Below are positions 48,801-56,607 of a stretch of DNA of 64,000 nt, in pieces. Origin of the DNA: a virus. Within the stretch, counting starts at the first letter, position 1; each line of letters opens with the position of its first letter. Location: IMG/VR virus record IMGVR_UViG_3300042868_005761, positions 96,001-160,000 of that record, one strand, 5' to 3'. A program made the position numbers and the translations under genes. The notes below the pieces were generated by a model, which ran no database searches, was not told the origin of the DNA, and saw nothing but the letters and a program-made list of their open reading frames with translations.

Positions 48801-48916
48801 AAACCTTTGCTAGCCGTACCAATTACTAGAACAGACTGACTAGTATTTGCCGAAATCTGGCCGAGGTTTCCGTCCTGAAGCTCTACATAACTACCAGGTA
48901 AATTTACATATGGCAT
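45845..48916 (-). CDS. Tail sheath protein with large insertion domains (1023 aa)
   Basis: N-terminal 'LPGSYVELQDG...VLVIGTASKG...P...FG', C-terminal 'LTTVRI...FIGK...GKMKVKLTITPVFELRQI' are classical contractile-sheath motifs. Confidence 0.9.
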   Translation of the reverse strand: MPYVNLPGSYVELQDGNLGQISANTSQSVLVIGTASKGLTSEPYQVTDIASVVREFGATSELTRGASEVKKGGGTNIYLYRLPGTAPSVSAIGADAFGAPAGIKITPIQQSPEAASNYAVAYKHAELYSSDGAGEVADKSRVVAQLVVVNLTTDAIVWMGNAFDGATSDNGEVDVSFDMSDVDLGIGSAADSDALETLKLGVSVGGSYTGGEYSVTVSGVTVTGDLSSTEYTEVSATSGTEINQPAGTAWYFRDMPKFTVTLPTGSATGAYTAAQVNVVDGGSAASDEVIIYDELLAGTDTFSESFVDRVDEEVDGTGLEIAVTINYATSGAYTVSQVSVADAGANYKVGDVLVWKGTELGGTSANNLALTVTGVNVGDGGTVTDFIVSGTRFVHKPFKAGVTPSTLTIPGTALGGTAPDHNLVLTVTSVNALGLISTVSVTGTRAAQPLTASNVADLIQESFQDSPLDNIFDITRVGPEITFTPNGLTHDTSGVLVYPSEHPWAGFAARPFVSAPITMTGAGITISGESVSHRVSRDIGLYPLSLDRAFSSVQGGVYIPLSKVKDGGGVSSYGLRGSAFYQMGSSAYLAANGLGSSQVVYDLGDTGQSLSLIKRYEKIHTAFEDLDLAAFDFIVPLSVHLNSPNIADGLETTWTDSSYPVPGSSKDALGYLATVNNGDYTYTYYWSDDSIAPKIASAGVPGDASPALLYTEVNFAHLLAKYCHENSSDYKFVHGVIGTTLPSGLNPRAIRAYYGSAPSYVFDGEENAYYVTENGAGLLGHKFVGGHTTFNNGLKHGGLFLTKDGLIDYAEANLVLDENQRKVDLGKYVSVVAFFGRTTDDLNPRRPNYILNAATMVAGLLPTISVANSLINEKLSQLTIDYRTETKVIDAGCGLGLVMAKSEPNGVSASIADSPTFASPTSDYTRLTTVRIISRLVDQLRVATRPFIGKGLSAPMRAALESAIGEVLKDNIAGEPIQTVTSASFKIEQSASDRVLGKMKVKLTITPVFELRQITFSVNLSAQ

Positions 48917-48936
48917 ATTTTCTCCTTTGAATTAAA

Positions 48937-49680
48937 TTAACTTGAGGGTGTTATCTGTAGAATAATTTGTTTGAGGACAAGAATACTGGTCCAAGTAAGT
49001 TTTTCAATTGAAACAGCATATTTTAAAGTTCTTTTGTGTCTAAGGGCTTCTGTATCATCTCCTGTATCCTCAACAAACGTGAAGTCTAGGACTCCACTGT
49101 ATTTAACATACCATAGATAAGTCTTTATAATATCTGCAATCCACTCCTTGATCTGGTCCGCTTCGTGCGCAGTTTTCCCGTATATACTAAGATTGATATT
49201 GTAATCTAATCTTTGACCATATATGTAAACCTCAGAGGTATCATCCTGCGGATCAATATACTTCCCAAGAAGTATACTAGTTACCATTCTTCGAGAAGGT
49301 GAGTTGACTGGACCGCTACCAGCAGCGCCAGGTTTTCCGTCTCTTACTAGGAAGACAATATTAGGAGTTTCACTTTCAACGTTAATAATTGGTCTTTGAA
49401 TTATAAGACGATCATTATTTAACCAAGCTGGCTTCATAGTAGAAGTAGCCATATTGATAATCTGCTGAAGAATCTCCATAACCTCATAAATTGTATTTAC
49501 CTTAAACCTTTCATTCTGAAGTCTAACTATAGCTTTGCCACCTGGCTCGAGAATTATATTAGTAGGCATTGGCTCAAGTTGAACATTGCCTAAATTCTCC
49601 GACTCCATAATAGTAACAAGAGTTGTTTGCTGAGCTTCATTTAGGTCTTTTAGAAGTTGGGGAGTTAAAGGATTCAACAT
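48937..49680 (-). CDS. Putative tail completion/terminator protein (247 aa)
   Basis: Immediately upstream of the sheath; 'YNINLSIYGKTAHEADQIKEWI' is tail-terminator-like. Confidence 0.55.
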   Translation of the reverse strand: MLNPLTPQLLKDLNEAQQTTLVTIMESENLGNVQLEPMPTNIILEPGGKAIVRLQNERFKVNTIYEVMEILQQIINMATSTMKPAWLNNDRLIIQRPIINVESETPNIVFLVRDGKPGAAGSGPVNSPSRRMVTSILLGKYIDPQDDTSEVYIYGQRLDYNINLSIYGKTAHEADQIKEWIADIIKTYLWYVKYSGVLDFTFVEDTGDDTEALRHKRTLKYAVSIEKLTWTSILVLKQIILQITPSS

Positions 49681-49681
49681 A

Positions 49682-50230
49682 TTAATATTTCCTGCAGTAT
49701 AAGATTATGTACTCTATTCGACCAGTATCTGATCTCTTCTCATTTAGTGTATTGATTGTCCAGATGATATTGCGGCGCTCTGGTTTAACAAGAGCACCAT
49801 CAGGCTCTAATGCTAGCTCTATGATCTTGTCTTCGTAGTCTATGCCAACTGTATCTTGGACATAGAACTTGCAGAATTGCTTCTTACTTCTACCTATCTC
49901 AGTTAGAAGAGATGCCCCGGCTTTCTCTTGATCACTGCCAATTTCTACCTTGAATGTATCAACATACTGTTCATCCCAAAGGTATCCTTCACCTAAGCAA
50001 ACACTGCATTTCTGATGACCTTGTCCTTCTTTTGCTACGTTGCAAGAACAAGGAATCCTGTAGTTATTGGCATTTCGCCTAAACTTCCTAAGCATAACTT
50101 TAAAAGCCTTTGGGATTTCATAGACTGAACCTGTAAAGGTATCCTTGGTTTCCTTGCGCAAGTCTACTTCTTTCTGTGTAGTCTTTGGACCTGAGCTAGA
50201 GCGATAAAAACGACTTCTTCCTACTGACAT
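49682..50230 (-). CDS. Putative neck/head-closure protein with Cys4 motif (182 aa)
   Basis: CSC-x11-CSVCLGEGY Zn-binding pattern seen in myovirus neck proteins; position fits. Confidence 0.6.
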   Translation of the reverse strand: MSVGRSRFYRSSSGPKTTQKEVDLRKETKDTFTGSVYEIPKAFKVMLRKFRRNANNYRIPCSCNVAKEGQGHQKCSVCLGEGYLWDEQYVDTFKVEIGSDQEKAGASLLTEIGRSKKQFCKFYVQDTVGIDYEDKIIELALEPDGALVKPERRNIIWTINTLNEKRSDTGRIEYIILYCRKY

Positions 50231-50239
50231 TCGTCCCCC

Positions 50240-51328
50240 TTAGCTTCCAGTATCTGGCCAGTTTCCATTTATATTTCTATAGATGTACCGGTAACGGTAA
50301 CGGTTTTGGTAAGCATAGTCTGGATAGTATCTGTAAGACCCAGGTAGTCTAGTTTTAATATTAACACTAGGCGCAAACCTAGGCATGTTATCAATTGACC
50401 TACCAAAGGCAGGATAATCTGCTCCCATATATCCTTTGATTGCCATACCAGCATTAAGGCTAGCACCATAAGAAAGATTGCCATTGCTATGAAGAATTCT
50501 ATGTAAGTCTTCATCACGCTTTCTCATCTGTTCAATCTTTGCTTTCAGTGCAGTGGCATTATCGGCCCACTCAACTTTAAGATCACCAAGTTGCTTAGCA
50601 CGAGGAGAACCTAGAGCAAGTGAAATATTTTCAATAAGATCAACAGAACTGTTAATAATTACATATTCCATCTTAACATAGTTAAGCCACTTTTGTGTGC
50701 CATTCTGGACTGGCATGTTAAAGACCATTGCGTCAACAATCTTTGAATATCTATAGATAAGATAGTTAACTGTATCAGCATCTACGTCGCCTACAATGCT
50801 ACCTACGCTAGATATTACCTGATCATAGGTTGCATACATAGGGGTATATCTACTAGTAAACCATGACTCGTCTTCTACACCAATAGAATCAACAGCAGCA
50901 CCAATTTCTTTAATACCTCTAATCTCAATAACATATTGGTTGTTATTAAGTAAAGTATCAAAGCCTTCATCCTGCGAATACGCGTTAGCGTTGTTTCCGC
51001 TAGAGTTAATAGTAAATGGAATTAGGCTTGTAAACATGACAGGAGCAAGTGCTGTTCCAACATTTACTTCAAAGTAAGCCCACCACTCACCAACTTGCGC
51101 ATCATCAGCAGTCAAATAGCTATAAGTGTACTGGCCATATTTAGTTGGAGCACCAGCGTCCTCTTGGTAGACAATAGCATCATCCTCAAGGTTTACACCG
51201 GGAAGCCCTGGTTTTCTACCATAAGGATAAATAGACACAACAGGATCAAGCCCATTAGCTAAGTAGCCATTGCCATCTCTGACTTGGCAAACAATATCAA
51301 CTGTGTCTCCTTGGCTTACGGTTAACAT
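50240..51328 (-). CDS. Putative head-tail adaptor with N-terminal Ig-like domain (362 aa)
   Basis: 'FTSRYTPMYAT...' helical adaptor region and 'KQLGDLKVEW' beta-hairpin typical of adaptors. Confidence 0.55.
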   Translation of the reverse strand: MLTVSQGDTVDIVCQVRDGNGYLANGLDPVVSIYPYGRKPGLPGVNLEDDAIVYQEDAGAPTKYGQYTYSYLTADDAQVGEWWAYFEVNVGTALAPVMFTSLIPFTINSSGNNANAYSQDEGFDTLLNNNQYVIEIRGIKEIGAAVDSIGVEDESWFTSRYTPMYATYDQVISSVGSIVGDVDADTVNYLIYRYSKIVDAMVFNMPVQNGTQKWLNYVKMEYVIINSSVDLIENISLALGSPRAKQLGDLKVEWADNATALKAKIEQMRKRDEDLHRILHSNGNLSYGASLNAGMAIKGYMGADYPAFGRSIDNMPRFAPSVNIKTRLPGSYRYYPDYAYQNRYRYRYIYRNINGNWPDTGS

Positions 51329-51329
51329 A

Positions 51330-52436
51330 TTATTCCCTTATTATGTTAATGATAATTTTTTTGCCATTAACAATCCAAGAGTAGCCAACGTCGACTGCGT
51401 CTTGATTGCCATCCATAATATTCCTAAACAACTTAACTGTATCTGCTGTTACGCTAGCAGGATCAACATTCTTATTAAAGGTAAGAATGATTTGTCTAGT
51501 CTTTAAAGACATATTACTAGAGCCGTACTCAGGCTCAATCTTTACTAGTTGGAATTCAGTGGCAGCTATGTTTATCTCTGCCTGCGTTGGAGCGTCTAGC
51601 CCAATGGGACTCTGTGAGACTGCAGTAGGTAATTCTTTAACTTGATTTACTGCCGTTGAGAAGTCAACTTTATAAGTATCCGCAAGATATTCTATTGGAC
51701 GTAAATTGATAGTCCAGGCATCACCTATTTTAAATGCGTCAGATGCCCCGCCAATTAACTCTAAATAGATATCCTTATCCTTTGCAATCTTATTGCGTCC
51801 AGTCAAGGGTAGCAGATCATGGGTCACAAGTGAGGTGCTTTCAAAGTACCAATTTAACTTACAAGTTGAAGAGCTTCCTGCTTTGATAACTTCAACAACA
51901 AGAACATCATCTGCTTCACCGGTGTAATATCCACTTGCTCTTAGTATTCCTTCCCCAGTCGAAGTTAGTAAATCTTTCTCTGCATCAAACACAGTTCGAG
52001 ATCCAACATAACTCCACTCATTGTCAGGAGTAGATGAACCACTGATTAGTAGACGGTAGTCTGTCTTCTCTTGTAGGAATGACTTAGGTCTAACAATTAA
52101 TTTGCTTTTGACAGTAACGTCATAGGCATAACTCATTTGCTCTTCAAGAGTTTCTCCAGAAGCGTTGCATCTAACAATTTCTAACTCGACTGGAACTTCA
52201 CCTTTGAGATGTAGAGTCTCAAGTACTTTTGAATAGTTTGTGTCATTTGAGAACTTATAAAGTCTCTCTTCAAACTCGATACCAGTAACAATATGATTAT
52301 CAGGACCAACTAAACTAATACTATTTTCAGCAAGAAACTCAGAGACTTCTTGGTTAAAAAGAATTTCAATCTTTTCCCCTGTAGGAAAAGTAGTAAAGCC
52401 ATCATTTGGCCAAACTGAAACAATAGTAAAAGCCAT
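51330..52436 (-). CDS. Ig-like (Big_5/SbsA-type) domain structural protein (368 aa)
   Basis: Two copies of a V...P..G........I...FN..V motif (IVSVWPNDG...IEILFNQEV; LVKIEPEYG...IILTFNKNVD). Confidence 0.65.
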   Translation of the reverse strand: MAFTIVSVWPNDGFTTFPTGEKIEILFNQEVSEFLAENSISLVGPDNHIVTGIEFEERLYKFSNDTNYSKVLETLHLKGEVPVELEIVRCNASGETLEEQMSYAYDVTVKSKLIVRPKSFLQEKTDYRLLISGSSTPDNEWSYVGSRTVFDAEKDLLTSTGEGILRASGYYTGEADDVLVVEVIKAGSSSTCKLNWYFESTSLVTHDLLPLTGRNKIAKDKDIYLELIGGASDAFKIGDAWTINLRPIEYLADTYKVDFSTAVNQVKELPTAVSQSPIGLDAPTQAEINIAATEFQLVKIEPEYGSSNMSLKTRQIILTFNKNVDPASVTADTVKLFRNIMDGNQDAVDVGYSWIVNGKKIIINIIRE

Positions 52437-52438
52437 TG

Positions 52439-52657
52439 TTAGAACTCCTCAATGTAAGATTCAAGAGTACACTCAACTTTGCAACCAGTAACTAAGGTAA
52501 TTTCTTGCGTCTCAAGACTCTCAGCCTCTATAATACAATCTTCTGCTTCCATAATTGCTTGATGCTCTTCAAAAGCTAACCTTCTGAATAGAGCCTCCAT
52601 ATCCTTTTGGGATGTGATGGTTGCAAGGGCCTGGGCGATCTTATCTTCTAAACTCAT
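52439..52657 (-). CDS. Hypothetical acidic protein (72 aa)
   Basis: AGGAG SD; fills the gap after the capsid terminator. Confidence 0.6.
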   Translation of the reverse strand: MSLEDKIAQALATITSQKDMEALFRRLAFEEHQAIMEAEDCIIEAESLETQEITLVTGCKVECTLESYIEEF

Positions 52658-52691
52658 GTCTACTCCTAGTAACTAATATCTAGATACCGAC

Positions 52692-52697
52692 ATTATA
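52692..52697 (-). promoter_or_regulatory. Possible -10 box (TATAAT) restarting transcription after the capsid terminator
   Basis: Minus strand TGTTATAAT directly after the U-tract and 35 nt upstream of the ATG at 52657; no clear -35. Confidence 0.35.
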
Positions 52698-52699
52698 AC

Positions 52700-52735
52700 A
52701 AAAAGAAAGCCCCCAGGCCTTTCGACCTGAGGGCT
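52700..52735 (-). terminator. Rho-independent terminator after the major capsid gene
   Basis: Minus strand: GCCCTCAGGTC-GAAA-GGCCTGGGGGC (11-bp stem with two G-U pairs, GNRA loop) followed by TTTCTTTTT. Confidence 0.9.
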
Positions 52736-52762
52736 ATTTATCTATTACCTGTTACCTAACTA

Positions 52763-54049
52763 TTAGTCAGGGAACTGAGTGCTAACCGGAGAAGCACCAG
52801 GCACCGCTGCAAGGAACTCGCCATCCGTAATATTGTAGTAAGGACGCGCAATCTCAGGAGCGTAGAAGTTCTGATCGCAGAAGATATTCTTAAGCGTAAC
52901 AAGACCCTGACCTTCGTTGTACATGAAAAGACCCCACTTCTCTGACCACTTCATCTTGAAGGTCTCGAAATACTTATCCTCCCACTCATCAGCAACAATA
53001 CCTGAACCAACGATTAGAGCACCAAGTGACTTGCTATCGCAAAGAACGATATCGGTAAGCTTAGTAGCAGGATCGTAAGGCATGAAGCGTGAGGTCACAA
53101 TGCGGAGACCGAACGGAAGGCCAAGGGGAAGCTGGGGAGCCGCCGTAATAGCATTGACGTTGAAGTCCTTAAGCGAGGCCTTGGAGCTATCGGCACCAGT
53201 ACCAAGCTGGCCGCGTGAATAACCCTTTGAAAGAACACCCTTAACGGCGTCAGGAACACCGCTAACGTTAGCGGCTGAACCCGAGTAGCTACCAAAGAGA
53301 TTGCCGCTGCCGCTCTGCATTGCAAATGCACGAAGGACGGGGTCGCGAACAAACATAAGGTAAGTAAGAGGATGGCAGATTAGCGTATCAGGCGTAAAAC
53401 CTCTCTGAATGAGAAGGTGATAAGCGTTGAAAAGATCATCCATGGTAAGAGTACCATTGGTCTTCATCTTGATGTCACGACCAGTCGTGATGCCAAGAGC
53501 TGACTGAGTAGGATTAAGATTGTCAAACGCAGGAACGCTGATGTTCGTGATATGCTTAGCGATTTCGGTCTCCTTGCGGCGAGCGAAAGCACGACCAGCC
53601 TCACGGGCAAGGTAACCAAGGAGATTCCAGTTGGAAGCCTTGATAGCCTCTTGCGTAAGGGAGATCATAACACCCCACTTGTCGATGGCGGCCGTAGCCA
53701 TACCACCGCCAGTTGTCACACGCTCTTCACGGTAGCCTTCAAGCTCAGTGACCTTATGGACAGTGAAAGCTGAAAGGGCGGGAAGGCGGAACTCAGTGAT
53801 ACCATCCGGTGCAGGAATGGTGTCAAGGAGTGGAGTTAGCGTGAGCATAGGCTCCATGGGCTCCATCATAATCTCAACAATTGAGTGCTTGACCCAGGGC
53901 CCAAGCTCAGCTGATGTAATCGCGTCTTCGATTGAAAGACGTGAATCGCTGCTATGGTCTGAGCCAGGAAGCCAACCGTTGTTCTTGATGAGCGCTGTAA
54001 GCTCACTCTGATCAGCAATTTCTAGGTTCTTATGCTTTAGTCTTGACAT
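52763..54049 (-). CDS. Major capsid protein, HK97-fold (428 aa)
   Basis: 'VTELEGYRE...IDKWGVMISLTQEAIKASNWNLL...AGRAFARRKE' and 'PDTLICHP' are HK97-type MCP patterns; strongly biased codon usage, AAGGAG SD and a downstream terminator. Confidence 0.9.
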   Translation of the reverse strand: MSRLKHKNLEIADQSELTALIKNNGWLPGSDHSSDSRLSIEDAITSAELGPWVKHSIVEIMMEPMEPMLTLTPLLDTIPAPDGITEFRLPALSAFTVHKVTELEGYREERVTTGGGMATAAIDKWGVMISLTQEAIKASNWNLLGYLAREAGRAFARRKETEIAKHITNISVPAFDNLNPTQSALGITTGRDIKMKTNGTLTMDDLFNAYHLLIQRGFTPDTLICHPLTYLMFVRDPVLRAFAMQSGSGNLFGSYSGSAANVSGVPDAVKGVLSKGYSRGQLGTGADSSKASLKDFNVNAITAAPQLPLGLPFGLRIVTSRFMPYDPATKLTDIVLCDSKSLGALIVGSGIVADEWEDKYFETFKMKWSEKWGLFMYNEGQGLVTLKNIFCDQNFYAPEIARPYYNITDGEFLAAVPGASPVSTQFPD

Positions 54050-54083
54050 TTTTCGGTTCTCCTTATTGAGATTATGATTTTAA

Positions 54084-55670
54084 TTAGAGTAGGACGCGCA
54101 CGATGGCAGCGAACTGACCACCGAATGACTGATGAATTTCTGCAGGATGACCATCATTAGCCGAACCAGGAGTACGATCAGCGAGTGACACGCCTTCGTA
54201 ATCATGGAAAGTCTTAACTGTTGCAAGATCAGCCTTAGGTGAACGATCAAGTGTATAGCACTTACCAACAATGTCCTCTGGACGATGGTAAAGAGTAGGA
54301 TCAACCCAAGCAGTTGCCTCTACGGTAGCATTGTCATTGGCGTCAGCGTCATCGGCACCGTCAGTAGCAATAACCTTAGTCTCATCGGGACGAGCCACAT
54401 AAGGAACAAAGTTGGAATACTTGTCATAAGCAAGATAATCGCCAGGCTTGACAGCCTTACCAACCGCAGCAAAGACATTACCACTGTATGACTCGACATC
54501 AGCAGCAAGACGGAAGGCAACAAGATAGTCACCAGTAGCAGGGCAGTCAGTGTGCACGAAAAGAAGACCAAGATCACGGTCCACAAAGTAATCGCCAGCA
54601 GCCTTAACACCAGCAGGAGCTGCCTTCTCTTTGGCTAGCCAGGTTGAAGTAAGATCCGTATTCTGTGAGACAGTTGCACCACCAGTCGCATAAGTAACTG
54701 ACCAAAGTTCAATAGTATTGTAGATGTTGCTTTCAATACCCTGATGACCAAGAACAAGCACCTTGGCACTCGCATTAGTAGCAAGATCAGCATAACGCTC
54801 ATCAAACGTAGCCTTCACGTTAGCATAGGTAGCAACCTTAGCCAAATCAGCACCATGGTAGTAGTTAGAAAGCGTAGTGCCAGCAGCAGCAGCAGCAGCA
54901 GCCGTATTAACTGAGTTATCGCCAAGGAAAACAAGCTTCTTTGTACCATCCCAAGAGGCGCTGGCATTAGTATCAGTCGTAAGATTAAGAGCCGAGATGT
55001 CATAAGACTTTGCAGGAGCAACAGGAAGACGAAGGGTGTGGTCCTGGCCAGTCCAGAACGTTGACTTATTCTCACGACGATAGTTCATGAAACGAAGCTT
55101 ATTGGGCTGCGTACCATCACCACCGGCCCAAGCGTAAACCACGTTAGCAGCTACACCAATTGGACGAGAAATTAGCTGGTCAAGGGTCTCGCCGTCGCCA
55201 AGAAGGCCACGCTCTTGAAGCTTAAGAGTAAGGGCAGTCTTAGTGTAGGTCTTAGGACCTGTGACAGGGCGACCTGTACCAAGGTCTTCAATTCTCTCAG
55301 CCACGTCAACGGCAGTATACTGGAGAACAGTAACAGATGTAGCATGAGCAGCCTTCCAAGCAAGACGAATGCCAGCAGGAACAAGACGACCTACGGTACC
55401 TTGATTGATTGAAGAGATGGTATTGTCACCAGTAAGGCTTTCACGCGTAAGAGCGACAAGCTTACCAGGCATGATAACAACCTTGTCGGTAAAGACATGG
55501 CGTTGGTAGTCATAAGAGTGGAAACCCATTGCAATATTAGCATCGGTTGGGTCAACGGGTAGCCAAGCCGCAGCGGCAAGGTCATTCTGAGGAGCAACCG
55601 TGTCGCCATGCGTAGGGGCGATAATCGGCTTACCGTAATCGATATCTCTAAACTTTCTGTATGTTGCCAT
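54084..55670 (-). CDS. Head decoration/cement-like structural protein (528 aa)
   Basis: Directly upstream of MCP with the same high-expression codon bias; VIMPGKLVA...PIGVA...KPGDYL...IVGK pattern; AGGAG SD. Confidence 0.6.
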   Translation of the reverse strand: MATYRKFRDIDYGKPIIAPTHGDTVAPQNDLAAAAWLPVDPTDANIAMGFHSYDYQRHVFTDKVVIMPGKLVALTRESLTGDNTISSINQGTVGRLVPAGIRLAWKAAHATSVTVLQYTAVDVAERIEDLGTGRPVTGPKTYTKTALTLKLQERGLLGDGETLDQLISRPIGVAANVVYAWAGGDGTQPNKLRFMNYRRENKSTFWTGQDHTLRLPVAPAKSYDISALNLTTDTNASASWDGTKKLVFLGDNSVNTAAAAAAAGTTLSNYYHGADLAKVATYANVKATFDERYADLATNASAKVLVLGHQGIESNIYNTIELWSVTYATGGATVSQNTDLTSTWLAKEKAAPAGVKAAGDYFVDRDLGLLFVHTDCPATGDYLVAFRLAADVESYSGNVFAAVGKAVKPGDYLAYDKYSNFVPYVARPDETKVIATDGADDADANDNATVEATAWVDPTLYHRPEDIVGKCYTLDRSPKADLATVKTFHDYEGVSLADRTPGSANDGHPAEIHQSFGGQFAAIVRVLL

Positions 55671-55691
55671 AATTTTCTCCTATAATTTGGG

Positions 55692-56540
55692 TTAGACTTT
55701 CACATCTAGTGGGTTAAACTTTCCTGAAATAAAGCCAGAACGCACTTGTTGAACAAGATAGTTCTCAGCTTTATTTATATCATGATTTCGTAATTCTTTG
55801 TATTTACTAGCTACTCTAAGTTCTACAGATGTCCAGTATTCTGGTGTAGTATCTATTGCGTCTTCAATAGTATTCACATCAAGCTTCTTACCAAGCTCCT
55901 TAGGCTCAGCAGAATCTTCAATAATAATCTCTTCTGACTCTGAACTATCGGCAGCCTCAGTTGTCGCTTCTTCTGAACTATCGGCAACTTCAGTTGTCGC
56001 TTCTTCGGCCGAATCCATTGGGCCACTCATTTCTTCTTCAATTTCCTCACCGGGAGATTCACTTGGAATTTCCATGCCAGCAGTCTGAAGAGAAGAGCCA
56101 AGTTGCCATTGCCACTTTTGATGCATATCAATGCGCTCAGCTACAAAGTTTGCAATACCTTGCTCATTAGCAGAGTTAGCCATGTCAAAGACATTCTTAA
56201 GCATAGCAATCATCACTACATTCTTCTTGTACATATCAAGAGCAAGTTCACTTGCCTCAGTGGTCATAGAGTCATCTTTAATTGATGCAGTCTCGACCAT
56301 GTAAGTAAGAGAGTGAGGAAATGAACCAAGCTTGCGGATATTCTCAGCAAGTGGATCTACTGAACTAGAGTAGATGTCATCATAGATATTCCCAAATAGC
56401 TCATGATACTGGGCAAAGTCAGGGCCAGCCACATTCCAATGTGCACGATGTGCAGTAGAGTACATAGCAATTACATTACTAAGTAAGCCCTTAAGAGCAT
56501 CAGCTACTTGAGCTGGGCTAGTTGTCATTTCAGTTTCCAT
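55692..56540 (-). CDS. dps: Dps/ferritin-like protein with acidic, scaffold-like C-terminal extension (282 aa)
   Basis: 'HWNVAGPDFAQYHELF...VDPLAENIRKLG...HQKWQWQL' is the Dps signature, with both His and D-x3-E ferroxidase ligands; GGAGG SD. Confidence 0.85.
   Translation of the reverse strand: METEMTTSPAQVADALKGLLSNVIAMYSTAHRAHWNVAGPDFAQYHELFGNIYDDIYSSSVDPLAENIRKLGSFPHSLTYMVETASIKDDSMTTEASELALDMYKKNVVMIAMLKNVFDMANSANEQGIANFVAERIDMHQKWQWQLGSSLQTAGMEIPSESPGEEIEEEMSGPMDSAEEATTEVADSSEEATTEAADSSESEEIIIEDSAEPKELGKKLDVNTIEDAIDTTPEYWTSVELRVASKYKELRNHDINKAENYLVQQVRSGFISGKFNPLDVKV
55939..56006. repeat. 33-bp tandem duplication encoding EEATTE(V/A)ADSS x2
   Basis: tctgaactatcggcagcctcagttgtcgcttct followed by tctgaactatcggcaacttcagttgtcgcttct (2 mismatches). 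Confidence 0.9.
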
Positions 56541-56607
56541 ATTATTCCTCCAAAAGGATTAAGTTAAATTAATAATTACATAGTGATTCTAGCATAATTT
56601 CTATACT

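Noticed and set aside
13677-48916. Bacterial T6SS/eCIS/tailocin rather than phage
   Set aside because: Portal, prohead protease, major capsid and neck genes are in the same operon.
55939-56006. CRISPR-like or regulatory repeat
   Set aside because: Only two adjacent in-frame 33-bp copies with no spacer; it is a coding duplication. I saw no CRISPR array, tRNA or rRNA in the window, and the intergenic gaps leave almost no room for them.
56541-56607. Fusion of protease and Dps ORFs by recoding
   Set aside because: The AT-rich spacer contains several stop codons and no slippery run, and Dps has its own GGAGG SD.
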